DNA of 63,050 nt, the filler included, from Octopus bimaculoides (Eukaryota): the NCBI RefSeq assembly GCF_001194135.2. It is 5 parts of 5 records of this genome, joined end to end, with 100 filler letters (N's around TTAATTAATTAA, not from the genome) between each part and the next. Parts side by side here need not be neighbours in the genome. Positions count along the whole stretch, not along the records: positions 1 to 15,666 come from NC_068990.1; 4 more parts are not named here. The stretch is one strand, 5' to 3'. Below, in pieces: positions 1-13,654 of the stretch. The position numbers were made by a program, and so were the translations under genes. Each line of letters begins with the position of its first letter. The stretch's first letter is position 1. The notes below the pieces were generated by a model. The model made no database searches. It was given only the letters and a program-made list of their open reading frames with translations, and was not told where the DNA came from.

Positions 1-958
1 TTCTTCATTTCCCGATATAATTCCTGTGGATTTGAAGCAAACACGATTTTTACAGACCAACTCAAAAAGTTTTCTATGATAACGAAGTTTTTCGTTCTGT
101 ATCTTGAATTCATTCTTTAAAATAGTTAACTGTCCCCTCAAGAGCTTAGCGTGAAGAATCGCCGTAAATGTTTCTTTTTTTGTTTTTTTTTTGCAAAAGA
201 TATAATTTGGCGTGTAAACACATTATTCTCCTCACATTTAATTATCGTGGTTAACCATCCAGTATGGTGACGCAGATTGTTGATGATTCAAGTTTTGTTT
301 TCCAATTGTGCTGCTTCCGTTTAGTAATTTCATTAGTACATGCACTGCATGTTGCTTTTAGGTGTTCTTTAAGAATAATAGCAGCTGTTTATAAGAAGGT
401 ATTAGTTGTCCAGTGATTAACAACACATGATTTCATATGCTCACCAACAACATCATCAATTACTTTCAACATGAGAGCTGTTTCTTTATTCTATAATCTC
501 ATTAAAACGGCCCTATCGCTCAACGCCAACTTAGAAAACTAGAAAAATCATTTACGAGCTGTGATATTCCGTTTAGTAACAATATCCGCTCCTGGTCAAC
601 ATTTTTATCAGTATCTCTTATGACAGATTTTGGCCGGTTCACAGTGGTTTGGATAAATCTATTCGCATCATGTGAATTGAAATAACAATTGCAATTTATG
701 ATACCCATGTTTAAAAATAAAGATACTTCTTGCATAAGCTCCTTTCAAATTGTTTAAGTTTGCATCAACTTCGCGCCAATAGTATTTCAATCGCTTTATA
801 CAGCTGATAATAGGGCCATCTCGGGCTTTTTCATAGCACCGAAGTAAATCTTGGTTTAAATGTAAAGACCAAGTGAAGTAAGAAGAGAACTTTCATCGTC
901 TTAAATAATTTACCAGTCTTCTAGAACTGCTCGTGCTGTTGTTATCAATATCAGCCAT
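1..958 (-). mobile_element. Degenerate R4/Dong-like non-LTR retrotransposon, N-terminal part of ORF
   Basis: Manual translation from ATG at 958 gives FTWSLHLNQDLLRCYEKARDGP..KRLKYYWREV, then WKTKLESS-NLRHHTGWLTTII and RYHRKLFE..KNRVFASNPQELYREMK, across stops and frameshifts. These resemble N-terminal motifs of R4/Dong-type REL-endonuclease LINEs. Confidence 0.62.
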
Positions 959-1496
959 GATTGTAAAGGCGAAATTCCACGTAGTGTAATGTATATATAT
1001 TGTAATCCGGTTCTGAATAACGCTAAGTTGATAAATAAAACGTGTTTCTCTTATTTACAACAGATGAAACAAAGAAGCGAACTGATTTAGGCTGCCAGAG
1101 TCGGCATTATTGTACAAGTAAACGTTCAAGTAAACATTTATAAACAGTCATCTACACCTACAAGTCTGATGGTGACGGCACCATATGTATGTATATACGT
1201 ATTATGTATGTATGTATGTATAATATGCATGCATTTCTGAATACGTGTACATGTTTATGTATGTGCACTTTAAAAAATTTTTAATACGTCATTCTTTATA
1301 TTATATAACGTGTCTTCTTTACTTCCGTTTCATAATTTTTAAACCGTTTTTCTTTTTCTTTTCTAGTCTACGTTATCTTTTCTTTCTTTGTAAGCCCTGA
1401 TGAAAGTTTCGTACTTTTTGTATTTCTTCGACCCCTAGTGACAAACAGTGAAAAGATTATTATTATTTTTTTTTAAAATTCTTATTGTTGTTATTC

Positions 1497-1790
1497 TTAC
1501 CTCCGTCCGTGGACAAGATATCTCAAGAACCGCTGGATGGATTCGAATGAAACTTTCAGGGATGTTTGGCCTCGTGCCTGGCACGAACTGATTAGATTTT
1601 GGGATCGATTCGATGCCAGACAAGGATTCTGGATTATTTTTCCTGTTTTTTACTTAAATTTTAGTATTCTCGTTTGTGAGAGCAGTCAAGTTTATTTCAG
1701 ATATTCTCATTCTAAAAATCATCTCTGGCTAATCGTCGAGAGGACGTTGGTGTTGCCTTGGCGGATGTTTGCACTCTATGAGTGCTCTTG
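1497..1790 (+). mobile_element. Non-autonomous Helentron/HINE-like element
   Basis: Subterminal inverted repeats ACCTCCG (1499-1505) and CTTGGCGGATGT (1757-1768), followed by hairpin GCACTC-TAT-GAGTGC (1771-1785). The body motif gatatctcaagaaccgctggatggattcgaatgaaactt is typical of this class. Confidence 0.6.
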
Positions 1791-2269
<479 letters not shown>

Positions 2270-2309
2270 AAATTCTTCCTCCTCTTCATCATCTTCATCA
2301 TCATTTTTT

Positions 2310-2905
2310 TATCAACGCCATGTCTGCAAAAGTTTCATCCGAGTTTCTATAGCACAACTAGGTTGCGCAGCATTGTCTATTGGGGTATATAGTTTTATGT
2401 TTTTAAGCAATATTTTGTTTATTCTTCTTGTTTCTAATATACATCAGTGTTTCATCTATCTGTCGTGCAGAATATACACAAAGTAAATTGTTTTAACTGT
2501 TTTCGGTAACACTGCTGTATATTATGTGCTGTGAGAGTCGTGCTGTATTTTTTAGCGTTGCTGTGGTGATATTTGTATTGCTAACTTTTTTTATGATCAG
2601 AGTCAAGAAGAACAACGCGTAGCAAACCTTGTGAGTGGCAAAGATAATGAGTAGCGTTAACAATTATCTTCTTATATTGCTCTCTGACACTCAATAGTTC
2701 CCATCTTCTCTTGTAAGGATGTACAGTCGTTGGCTGTGAAACGTATTGTATAGTGTGTGGTACGTTTTGTAGTATATTTCTCCTATTACAGTCTATGGAA
2801 TCTAGGTCTGTCACACTCCAGCCCAATACTATCAGAGTCATATGTTAAGACTGGAAATATTAACAGTCATGTTTGTATTGGCATTATTTGTAATTTGTTG
2901 CCCTT
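2310..2905 (-). mobile_element. Degenerate R4/Dong-like LINE, RT C-terminal/thumb region
   Basis: With frameshifts: PVLTY..VLGWSVTDLDSIDCNRRNIL..QRLYILTRED(G)LLSVREQYKKIIVNATHYL ... MKLLQTWR*KKM, matching the RLYLPRxxGGRGL region downstream of the RT domain. Confidence 0.62.
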
Positions 2906-4185
2906 GTAATGTCACCCATCCGTTGCCGTCGTAGCAATTATAAAACACCATTATATTGTGCGTAAACAAGAGACGGTAGCGGAGACGGTAAAGTATAGAA
3001 TTAAATGCCTGTGGCATTTAATTACATTCCCTTATGGTGCTGAGTTCGAAGCCCGCCATTCTTGAGGTAACTATATACATTTTCGTCTAATGCTAAGCTG
3101 TCATTACAGTGTCAATTCAATTTAAGGCAGTAATCGCGAACTAGTTGCTATACATTAAAATCGTTATGTAAACTGGTAAAAATGAGAATAAAACCATTCT
3201 TAAATGTTATTTACTCCATTATTAGTAATCAGTATATAATTTATTTCCATCATGTCTCCATTCTAACTTCTGCCGTTTTCATGGTGTTTTGAAAGCACCG
3301 CACGAAAATAAACGTACGCCACGTGTATATTGCACTCGTCTGCAGTTGGTGCATCGTCCTAGATTTGTTCACTAATGTAAATCGCAGGAACATTTTCAGG
3401 CAGACTGACAGAAAGTTCTTATAATTGCTGGAATATTTTCTTATTTCCAAGAGAAAGCCAAGTCTTTGAAACAAGTAACTTTGTCAATGTTAAATTTATG
3501 TCATTGGTTGTTGCATATTCATTTTCCTTGACTATGTAGTGTACTTCGCTGTGAAATAGTCAAGATTAAGAAGACAAAGTTTGGCTATGTTATACGCTTT
3601 CTTCTATTAAAACTGTCACACCAACAATATCAACAACAACAATGACAACAACAGCAACAATGGTATCACCAGCAACAACAACAAGGTCAACAGCAGCAAC
3701 AGTTGTAGTAAAATTTTCTTGGTTATAAAACAGTTCAAGCTAGGATGCCAAACATGGCTATGTTCTAGTTTCTATTTCTTGCGTAAAAATTGTTTACAAC
3801 AGCAGCTACAGTAGCAAGAGCATTTGAATAATTGGTCCCAACTTCTCATGGCATTGGAAATTTTATAAGAGAGGAATCGAAAATGGTCAAAGCTTTAGTA
3901 ATACATCTCTTCTTGCTATGTTCATTGTTGTAGGTGTAAAAAGAAGAAACATGCAATGCTGAACTCCTGTGAACAATACCTTGTGTGTACGATCCAGCGA
4001 GGGATCATGTACTTGGCAGTTCGGTCTACTAATAACAGTAGCCAAATCTCCCTCACATAAGTAAAGAAAAATCACATAAAATAGTATCATGTTACATGCA
4101 CCTCAAAAGATGAAACGATGGTGGATGGAAAGTCTTTGAACATAGATATCCTCAATTAGGATTGAACTGTGACTAAGTAAGAACA

Positions 4186-4560
4186 GTAGCCCTAAATAGA
4201 CTTACATCACTGCTAAAATGTCTTCTATTTTAGATCTGCTGGAGCAGGGCTGACCTGTATCTGAACATCACTACAACCACCACTATCATCATTATCATCA
4301 TCAACAACAACAACAAGGAGTTATTGGATAATGTAGTCCTAGATACATTTAGGTCACTATTAAAATGTCTTCTATCATAGCTCATCTACTTCATCAGGAC
4401 TGACCTGGATTTAAACAACACCTACAGCAGCAGGAAGGAAATTTTAGATAATGTAGCCCTAGGTACAGTTTGGTCACTGCTAAGATGTCGTCTATCATAG
4501 ATCATCTGCTTGAACAGGGACTGAGCTGGGTTCGAACAACCAATAATATCATCAACAACA
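4186..4560. repeat. Three diverged tandem copies of a ~125-140 bp unit
   Basis: The motif gtagYcctaRRtaca..tcactRYtaaRatgtcKtctat..tag.tc..ct....cagg.ctgaSctg recurs at ~4186, ~4330 and ~4452, each copy followed by a CAA/CAG-rich tail. Confidence 0.55.
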
Positions 4561-5309
4561 GCAGCGGCGGTAGTAACAGCAACAAGAAAACCAAGGTTAC
4601 GTCACATACAGAGGCACCTGTAATGTGTGTCACAATTACGACCAAACGACTTCAAAGAAAACAAAACGCAATCTTAAAGAAGAATTGTTCAGACAAAAAT
4701 AATTTCCACTCCGTCACATATGGTTCTACTTAAAAGTGACTCTGTCCCCCCTCCCCCTCTCTCTCACTCTCTTTCTCTCTCTCTTTCTCAAACTCCCTCT
4801 TCTTCTACCTCACATCTCTCTCACTCTCTAACGCTCTCTTTATCTTTCCCTCTCTCTCACGTTCTCTCTCTTCTTTACTCTTCCCGTCACCACCGCCGCC
4901 TACTTTGATGCTAATCAATGAATGCCCACAGCCGACTCCATTGCCGGATTCTATCCAACAATTAGTGCTGACGACGCAATAACGCTAACCCTACCACACT
5001 TACCTACTAACACACCTACCAACCTACTTATTTAACTACTGTACTGACACACATACATGCATACACAATACACACACACATATACAAATCCATACACGCA
5101 CGCACGTTAAAATAGGCCGACGTGTACATTTGCTTCGTATGTGTATTTGCTTGCTTGTACGTAATACAATATTTCAATCTGTTTGTGTGTTTGTATATGC
5201 ACATGCGTATGCGTGTGTGTGTGTGTGAACTGATGGATATACAATCTCAAACCGGTATGTCGCGCGATACTCCCCGAATGGCCGATCTCAAGTTGCTCTA
5301 AATACCATC

Positions 5310-5310
5310 A

Positions 5311-5373
<63 letters not shown>
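5310..5373. repeat. (AAT)n microsatellite
   Basis: Perfect AAT run abutting the LINE fragment. Confidence 0.97.
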
Positions 5374-5376
<3 letters not shown>

Positions 5377-5879
5377 GGGCTAAAATAAATGCAAAAGAAA
5401 TAGACAGAGAAGAATCCCAGCAATGGTTTTGAAGCTCAGGACTCAAAGCAGAGACTGAAGGATTTTTAATTGCAGCACAAGACCAAAGCCTCCCCCACCA
5501 GAAATTACCAAAAACATATAATGAAAAGAGACATTACAAGTAACTGGCGATGGACAAGAAACAATAAACCATATTATCTCTGGCTGCCCAGTCCTGGCTA
5601 AGAAGGAATATATTCACAGACACGACAGAGCTAGGACCTACATACACTGGAAGCTATGCCAACACTATGGAATAACAACAGAAAAAAGATGGTTTTAGCA
5701 GACGCCAGAAAAGGCCACAGAAAACGAGAAAGCAACCATACTCTGGGATATGCCAATACACACAGATAGAGAAATCGAGGCCAATAGACCAGATATAGTT
5801 GTCTGAGATCATGAAGAAAAAAATGCTTTCTAATTGATATATCAATACCAGCAGATGACAACGTTTCTCTAAAAGAAAT
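5371..5879 (+). mobile_element. R4/Dong-like LINE fragment: CCHC knuckle and restriction-like endonuclease (dead)
   Basis: YWAKINAKEIDREESQQWF*SSGLKAETEGFLIAAQDQSL..NYQKHIMKRDITS-(CRIC deleted)-GDGQETINHIISGCPVLAKKEYIHRHDR..HWKLCQHYG..ILWDMPIHTDREIEANRPDIVV*DHEEKKCFLIDISIPADDNVSLKE contains the PD-(D/E)xK motif. Confidence 0.9.
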
Positions 5880-5929
5880 ATATATATATATATATAGTGA
5901 GAATTCACAAAAAAAAAAAGACGAAGACA

Positions 5930-6050
5930 GGTGGTGTAGACAACAAACAGAGGTATTAGTTTAACGCTCGGGAATTGAAAAAGTCTTTAACGTTTCGAGC
6001 CTACGCTCTTCTATAGACAGGAACACAGAAAGAAACAAGGAGATACATAA
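5930..6050 (-). mobile_element. Penelope-like terminal-repeat fragment with degenerate hammerhead motif
   Basis: Reverse complement of 5983-6018 reads GU CUAUAGA A GAGC-GUAG-GCUC GAAACGUU AAAGAC. Stem II and GAAA are intact, the CUGANGA core is mutated. Confidence 0.5.
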
Positions 6051-6292
6051 GGTCCTGGTAGGATTTAAAGGTAGAGTATTTCCAAAGAACCATTCAACCC
6101 GAGTTCTTGTTTATCAGCACTGTCGGGGTCCAGACCAAAGCCGAAATTCTTGAAGTGTAGAAAATTCTGGTTTCACGACGATAACAGGATTTTGTAGCTT
6201 TGGCGTACACACACACACACACGTATGTATGTATTTATGTATGTACGCGTTAGGGTTAAGGATAGGGTTAGATATGTACATAGGTGCACAAA

Positions 6293-7095
6293 CATGCGCG
6301 TGACTGTGTGGTTAAGAAGCTTGCTTCCTAACCACGTGATCTTCAGTTCCATCTCACTGCACCACAAGTGTCTTCTATTACAGCCCTGTGCCAACCAATG
6401 CCTTGTGAGTGAATTTGGAAGAAGGAAGCTGAAAGAAACTTGTTTGAGTGTGTGTATGTTTGTGTGTGTGTATATTCCAGTGTGTGTATGTACGCGCGTG
6501 TTTGAGTGTGTATGTCTACATGTATATATGTATACATGCATGCATGTATGTAAGTATGTATGTATGTATGTATATGTATGTATGTGTGTGTATATGTGTC
6601 TTTGTATTTGTGTTGTGTGTCTCACGCGACAGTTTAACAACCGGTGTTTATTTGCTTAAATTCCAGTAACTTAGCGGTTTGGCAAAAACGAACCGCTAGA
6701 ATAAATAACAAGCTTCACGAAAATATCTAGTACTGGGTGATTTCTTCCAGTGGTTCCCAAACATTTTCAGGCTGCTGCCCCCTTGTCACCCGGGTCACAA
6801 CCCTAGCGTCCACCCACCAAAATCACCACATCAGACATAAACCATTTTATGCAACAAGTTCAAAACAGCAGTATTTCACAAATAAAACTTAACCTAATCA
6901 AATCAGTATTTTGGGGTGTTCTTGCTTCCCCATCATCGCCTTACTTTTCTTCAAACCCGCTGAATCTTTCCACTTCCTTCACGGGGGCAGTGCCACCCAC
7001 TTTGGGAACCACTGATTTATTCGACTAGACCCTTCATGACGGTGCCCCGGTTTGGCCGCAGTCCAATGGCTGAAATAAATAAGTAAAAGATAAAA
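6293..7095 (+). mobile_element. tRNA-derived SINE (ctgtgtggtaagaagcttgcttcc family) with internal microsatellite, interrupted by a MITE
   Basis: Head 6293-6440, GT-rich middle, body 6620-6747 and tail 7015-7095 are similar to the copies at 27779, 28090 and 60215. Confidence 0.75.
6748..7014. mobile_element. hAT-type MITE (267 bp)
   Basis: TIRs CAGTGGTTCCCAAA / TTTGGGAACCACTG. 8-bp TSD ATTTCTTC (6740-6747) / ATTTATTC (7015-7022), 7/8 match. Confidence 0.87.
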
Positions 7096-7352
7096 GAAGA
7101 TATACATACATACATACATATATACATACATTTTCTGTATATCAATATGTATTTCCTGCCCGTCTGGTTTTTTTGTGGGTGAAAATAGGGTAAATAAATT
7201 TAGAGGAGGTTTATGTTGCAGGATGTAGACGTCATATTATAGACATGTTCATCCGTTTAAGAACACCGTTTTTATAAACCGCACAACTTTAGGCATCAAC
7301 ATCTTAGCTTTTTTTAAAAAATCTATTCGAGGGTTAATTAGTGGAGAAAATA

Positions 7353-7409
<57 letters not shown>

Positions 7410-8840
7410 TACATACATACACAAACATACACACGATATATTTTCACCCATTCAAACACACGCATACGTGCACGCGTGCGGAGACTGGCTCACGCAAAAG
7501 GCAAATGTATTCTTCATCAATTTCGATTATGCCTATTCCAGTTCGATCGAGTATTCCACAGAGATGTGTATCCTTAATGTTATTTTTCTACTTGTTCTAC
7601 CATACATTTGAGCGCTTCGAAAAAAAAAAAACTTGTTTGTTTACATACAGCGTAAGCAATATTGTATTAATAAATAAATATATAAAGTGATCATTTAAAA
7701 AGATTTGAGAGACCTTAGGATCGTTTCATGAATATACTACCGTTGGAAATGAAATCCAAAGTTGATAACCATTATTAGGAAGTATATCCACTCGTCAGAG
7801 AAAAGGATGAATTTCTGTGTAGTAAATCGAATGATAGAGATGCTATTTAAAATCGTATGATAAAGGTGTTTTTTTTAAAAAGTTATTGGTATAGGTGTGT
7901 ATTGATGTAAATTGACGACATCTTTCGCATCCCACCAAAGACAGTGCATAGTGAGAGAAATATGCGAGAGAAGAATTTCTCGAACGAAACTAGCCAAACT
8001 GTTCCGATACTTGGAGCTACATTATTATTGAAAAAACAAATATTTCGCGCCACTTCTATTGCTGGAGATTCCTTTTTGGACTTATACAGCATGCAGTATA
8101 ATGATTTTAAAAGAGTAAAATCGATATAAATTTAACCATTATAGTATAAGGCAATCTGCAAAGGAAGTAAACTATTTGAGAACAAAGATGAACTCTTATT
8201 TTACCGCATATATTGAGAATCTACTTTCAAAGGATAATGCCAAAAACTAAACATTCCTTTCCTTACAACCTAATATGTAGAATCATTAAAGGAGTTATTT
8301 GTAAAAGAAAAGTTTATTTCAAATTTTATTGATTGTCGTTTAAAATATTTTCAAACATGCACACAAAAAAGTAAGAACGAAATGTAACACTAATACCGGA
8401 AATTATGTAGTCTCATTCTGGAAGAAATGTTAAGTAGATTAAAAATGGCGTTAGCTCAGAAAACGGAAATGAAATGATATCCCTAATTTCTTTTCGGTTA
8501 AATTATTTGCTTAGATGAGAATATTTTCAGCTTTCTGCAATTTAATGTCAACTTGTGTGAAGAAAATCTGAAAAATAAAAAAATAATAGTAATAATTTCT
8601 TACAAAATGGTGGCGAGCAGAAAAATGAAAATACAAAAACTTGCCACATTTTCTTCAGAAATAATTTAAAAACATTTGTACATACATACAAAAAAGAGAA
8701 AAATTGCTTCGAAAACGCCATCTCTTATATGCAAATTAAAAATTCACTCTTAAACGAATAATAATTGGTGCGCTTGGGTTCGTGAATAAATGCCTGAGTG
8801 ACAATCTAGATATGTTAGTTTTTTTTTTTTTTTTTTTCAG

Positions 8841-8932
8841 GAAAAGAAATCAGCCAGCTAGTTCGCACATTACAAATACAATCTGTAAATGGAACAATAA
8901 AAATATGCAAGACATTTCTCAAGTTTAAAATG
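8841..8932 (+). CDS. Candidate coding exon of an unidentified gene
   Basis: A long T tract plus CAG acceptor at 8838-8840 precedes the open frame (x)KEISQLVRTLQIQSVNGTIKICKTFLKFKM, which looks protein-like. No partner exons established and the 3' boundary is uncertain. Confidence 0.3.
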
Positions 8933-9246
8933 TTAATTTGTTTCTATTATCTACACATTCAAAGATGCAGCTTTGTATCTTTGTTAGAAACTAATTCTTT
9001 CCTCAGAGGAAGATGCCAAATACTTAAAAACAAAAGAGAATATGTATGCATACATACATACATACATACATACATACAGACAGACAGACAGACATACATA
9101 CATACAGACATACAGACAGACAGACAGACAGACAGACATGCATACATACATATGTACACATACAAATGGTATTACATAACATACATACACACACACACAT
9201 GCATATATGCATATATGTGTGTGTGTATATATATATATCCTAGATT

Positions 9247-9285
<39 letters not shown>

Positions 9286-9659
9286 CGCACATTGATAATT
9301 GGAGGGTTTTGAATTGACATAACCGGAGCTGCAGCGAACGAAGTTAATTGCTGAATTTGACGAAGCTCGATTGGGTTTTGAGTTTAAATCTTACCGATGT
9401 CGGCTTCTCAATTTCATTAGTCTAAAACCGATCAGCTAAATAATACTGGTGATGCACTGATATCGACTCAATACACAATGTCCTTATCATAAAATTTGTG
9501 ATCTCCTGACGTTTTTAGAAATTCTTATTTTGCTATTTTGTGGAGGAAGATGCAGAAATTAGTAACAGAAAAGACAACTTTTCAGTGGCGATGCAGCTTT
9601 TTATCGTAATGTAAGAGTCAGTGAATTGATGCTGCTGTTTCTGCACTTAATTTAATCTA

Positions 9660-9710
9660 TAAAACCCACTACATCTCTTAAAACCCACTGCATCTCTTAA
9701 AACCCACTGC
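9660..9710. repeat. 19-bp tandem repeat, ~2.6 copies
   Basis: Unit aaaacccactRcatctctt at 9661, 9680 and 9699. Confidence 0.8.
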
Positions 9711-10744
9711 GCCCAACAACTGTTACTCTAAACTAACATCTGTTCATCTGGTTTAAACGACAACTTAATATATACATATATGTTTATAAATATATATATA
9801 NNNNNNNNNNNNNNNNNNNNNNNNNNNNNNNNNNNNNNNNNNNNNNNNNNNNNNNNNNNNNNNNNNNNNNNNNNNNNNNNNNNNNNNNNNNNNNNNNNNN
9901 NNNNNNNNNNNNNNNNNNNNNNNNNNNNNNNNNNNNNNNNNNNNNNNNNNNNNNNNNNNNNNNNNNNNNNNNNNNNNNNNNNNNNNNNNNNNNNNNNNNN
10001 NNNNNNNNNNNNNNNNNNNNNNNNNNNNNNNNNNNNNNNNNNNNNNNNNNNNNNNNNNNNNNNNNNNNNNNNNNNNNNNNNNNNNNNNNNNNNNNNNNNN
10101 NNNNNNNNNNNNNNNNNNNNNNNNNNNNNNNNNNNNNNNNNNNNNNNNNNNNNNNNNNNNNNNNNNNNNNNNNNNNNNNNNNNNNNNNNNNNNNNNNNNN
10201 NNNNNNNNNNNNNNNNNNNNNNNNNNNNNNNNNNNNNNNNNNNNNNNNNNNNNNNNNNNNNNNNNNNNNNNNNNNNNNNNNNNNNNNNNNNNNNNNNNNN
10301 NNNNNNNNNNNNNNNNNNNNNNNNNNNNNNNNNNNNNNNNNNNNNNNNNNNNNNNNNNNNNNNNNNNNNNNNNNNNNNNNNNNNNNNNNNNNNNNNNNNN
10401 NNNNNNNNNNNNNNNNNNNNNNNNNNNNNNNNNNNNNNNNNNNNNNNNNNNNNNNNNNNNNNNNNNNNNNNNNNNNNNNNNNNNNNNNNNNNNNNNNNNN
10501 NNNNNNNNNNNNNNNNNNNNNNNNNNNNNNNNNNNNNNNNNNNNNNNNNNNNNNNNNNNNNNNNNNNNNNNNNNNNNNNNNNNNNNNNNNNNNNNNNNNN
10601 NNNNNNNNNNNNNNNNNNNNNNNNNNNNNNNNNNNNNNNNNNNNNNNNNNNNNNNNNNNNNNNNNNNNNNNNNNNNNNNNNNNNNNNNNNNNNNNNNNNN
10701 NNNNNNNNNNNNNNCTCTCTCTATCTATCTATCTATCTAGCCTA

Positions 10745-10787
<43 letters not shown>

Positions 10788-11069
10788 TCTCAAAGGTCCT
10801 TAACAGAAAATAAATGACTAGTTAAATATATAAACTTCGTTCTCTGCAACATGAGATTATTGAAAGTGCAGCGCAATACGTATCAATACATACATCAAAA
10901 GCAGAATTTTTTCATGAGCCCTTAAAATATTGTTGTGGATCTGTAATTTACTATTTTGCTGCGTGGATCCCTTAAAGTTTTATATGGACTCTCAGGGGTC
11001 ATATAGATTTTGGCTGAAAACCACTGCTTTAAATAGTCTTCATTATTACCAATTATACCAGCAGTTTGT

Positions 11070-11330
11070 TGGATCTCCTGTCGTAGACGACAGATGAGGG
11101 CTCGGCGATTTCTTGCTGAACAACCTACGCATACAAGCTCACTTCCTCCATCACATTGGCATTGGTGTACTCAGAGGTGCACTGCGTGTCACATGTCATC
11201 TCGAAATCATCGCTGAGTGATGTGAAATGGAAAATTTTACTCAAGAACACATCGCACCGCCGGTCCGGAAATCGAAACCACGATTTTGCGAACGAAAATT
11301 CAACACCTAAACCACCAGACCACGTGTCCT
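11070..11330 (-). mobile_element. Diverged tRNA-derived SINE
   Basis: Reverse complement shows A-box-like cgtggtctggtggtttagg, B-box-like ggtttcgatttcc and the conserved tgtgttcttgagYaa motif. Confidence 0.5.
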
Positions 11331-12129
11331 AATGGTACCACCGCCATTAATACTTTCGTCTTCCTCACTACCCACCGCCCACCGCCCTCCACTTTTCCTG
11401 CCACGGCTACCATCTCTAATAATACCCCAAATACAGTTTCGCGGTCAAATATAAATCTCCTGAATGTATAACCTAAATAAGAAAGGGGAGGAGTAGTGTG
11501 GAGTACTTTGAACGTACTCTTCCATGTTTTTGTTTGATCTTATTTTTTTTGTTTTTCTAGTTCTTCAGTTAGAATCATCCCGACTGTCTAATGATTTGGT
11601 AAAAAGAAAATTGCTTACCAGGTGCATGGTCACGTGATGAGATGCGGTATTATTGCATAAACACAGACAGATAAACATATGCATTCTCTTCACACACACC
11701 ACAAGCACCCCTACACACTCACATACACACACACATGGGCACATACTAACACACATGCACACACATAGATACTATATGCATTCTCTTCTACCTATGTACA
11801 CACATTTCCTATTTTCACTGCTATATTCCATTTGTTGCTATAAAAACAAAGGTGTCACGTGAATACGACGAGAAGCGTATATGACGCCATGATGACATGG
11901 TTTTCGTGTATCTGGGACATCTGTGTGTCTGAGCAATGTTTTGTCAACCTTTTAACGCTGGCCTCAAAAATCTTGCAATTGGGCCAGAAGAAAGCAATAA
12001 TGGTAAATTACAGCTGTTTCTATACAGTTGTTTAACTTCCTTCTAACCTAAATTATGCTAAGTACACTTCGCAAGAAATATCGAGAGAAAAATTGGTAAT
12101 TTTGCTTTTGGAAGTTTCTCCCCAACACT

Positions 12130-12360
12130 CCCTGACCTCTGGCCCAAAAATGTACCATCTTCTTGCTTAGCCTGTTCCATCGTTATTGCCACAGCCTCTG
12201 AATCCTCTTAACTTGTTAGTTGAATACCAGCTCCAACAAACTTACTCGACACACCAGCCTGTGCGTATCTCTTCTCCTTTTGCCGTGCTTTCTATAATCT
12301 TCATTAACCTCCACCCCAACAGATCTGCTCGTGCCATTTCAATCTTTCTTCTCTAGAATA
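12130..12360 (-). mobile_element. Possible highly degenerate RTE-like LINE C-terminal fragment
   Basis: Reverse strand gives EERLKWH... and ...SEAVAITMEQA, reminiscent of the RLRWxGH 3' ORF region, with many stops. Confidence 0.3.
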
Positions 12361-12474
12361 TTAAACGATTGTAATACCCTCTGTTATTTTACCTGCAGAT
12401 GTCAGCCGATTCATAATTTGATAACCACTGGGAAAAGGTTGATAATGTATGTGCATCGAGGAATCGATATATAT

Positions 12475-12513
<39 letters not shown>

Positions 12514-12680
12514 TATAATGATTTTAACGAAGGATTAAAATGTCAAATTACCATTAAATACGTTTCACTGAAAACTCCTGTATTTAATATTTCATATTAA
12601 ATGGAGGAGTTATGCAATGTAATATAGCATTGCACAATAAATCTAGAACCAGTCCACTTCGTCAGACATTTTTAGTGTGC

Positions 12681-12729
<49 letters not shown>

Positions 12730-13654
12730 GATATGTGTGCAGGTATTTTTATATGTATGCACATATATGACACATATACTCACACACATGCTCGTACAGA
12801 CAGATAGGCACACACATACACATACAAGTGGGATAAATAACGGACAACTTGATTTTTCATAATTAGAAGCATTAATTAATAAGATATGGTCTTCAAGATG
12901 TCATCTACTCTACTTGTAGACCTTCTTTTCCTAATCTAATATGCAGAAGCCAAGGTGCTCTATTTATCCTCCCTTTCACTTTCACTACAGTTACTCAAGG
13001 TCCTCTGAGCTAGCAGCTCTACACCCATCCGATCTGTATATATATATTTTTTTCTTCTCGTCATTCCTACCTACCTAATTATCTCCCTCTAACACGTTCT
13101 AATCATTCCACCCAATACTTCTTCCTCAGAAAGACTGTAGTCTAAGGACATCCTTCTGTTGCAGACATCTTGCCAAGAAGCGAGTGGACAACAGTCATCT
13201 GCCGCAGTTATATCTCGGGCTGGGTCGAAGTGGCTTGATCTGCAAGGGATTGGGGTTAGCAGAGCTAGGGATTCAGCTTACGTGGATCCTTTGACGGCAC
13301 TATGTATGACTATGGTACAGAGCCAGTCACTATATAGAACGCCTACCGTGATGCCCTCTACTGCAAGAACCATGTACTTCCGCTCACCTTGAAGTATATA
13401 TATAACGAAGAGGTTGTGAATGTAGTCATCTTTAGATGAACAAAATTTAACTAAATGGGAAATTGACCTATAAATATTATTCTAATGTTGAAGTTGAAGC
13501 TGAATATAAACAACATGAACGATACACCAGTCTGTAGGGAGGGAGGAAGTCATGTCTGTAAAAACTATGAGTAACGGTGCAAAAGAAAGCACTTCCAAGT
13601 CCATAGCATGATTTGTGTTCAATACTGCATGTTAATTACACCAGTATATTTTTC

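Noticed and set aside
9780-10817. Long ORFs made of X (also 14112-14780, 33904-34512, 55808-56422)
   Set aside because: They run through N gaps.
13150-13430. GC-richer segment with faint Tc1-like phrases (GVSRA..FDGTM..HVLP)
   Set aside because: Needs several frameshifts, with no TIRs or catalytic motifs. Too weak to call.
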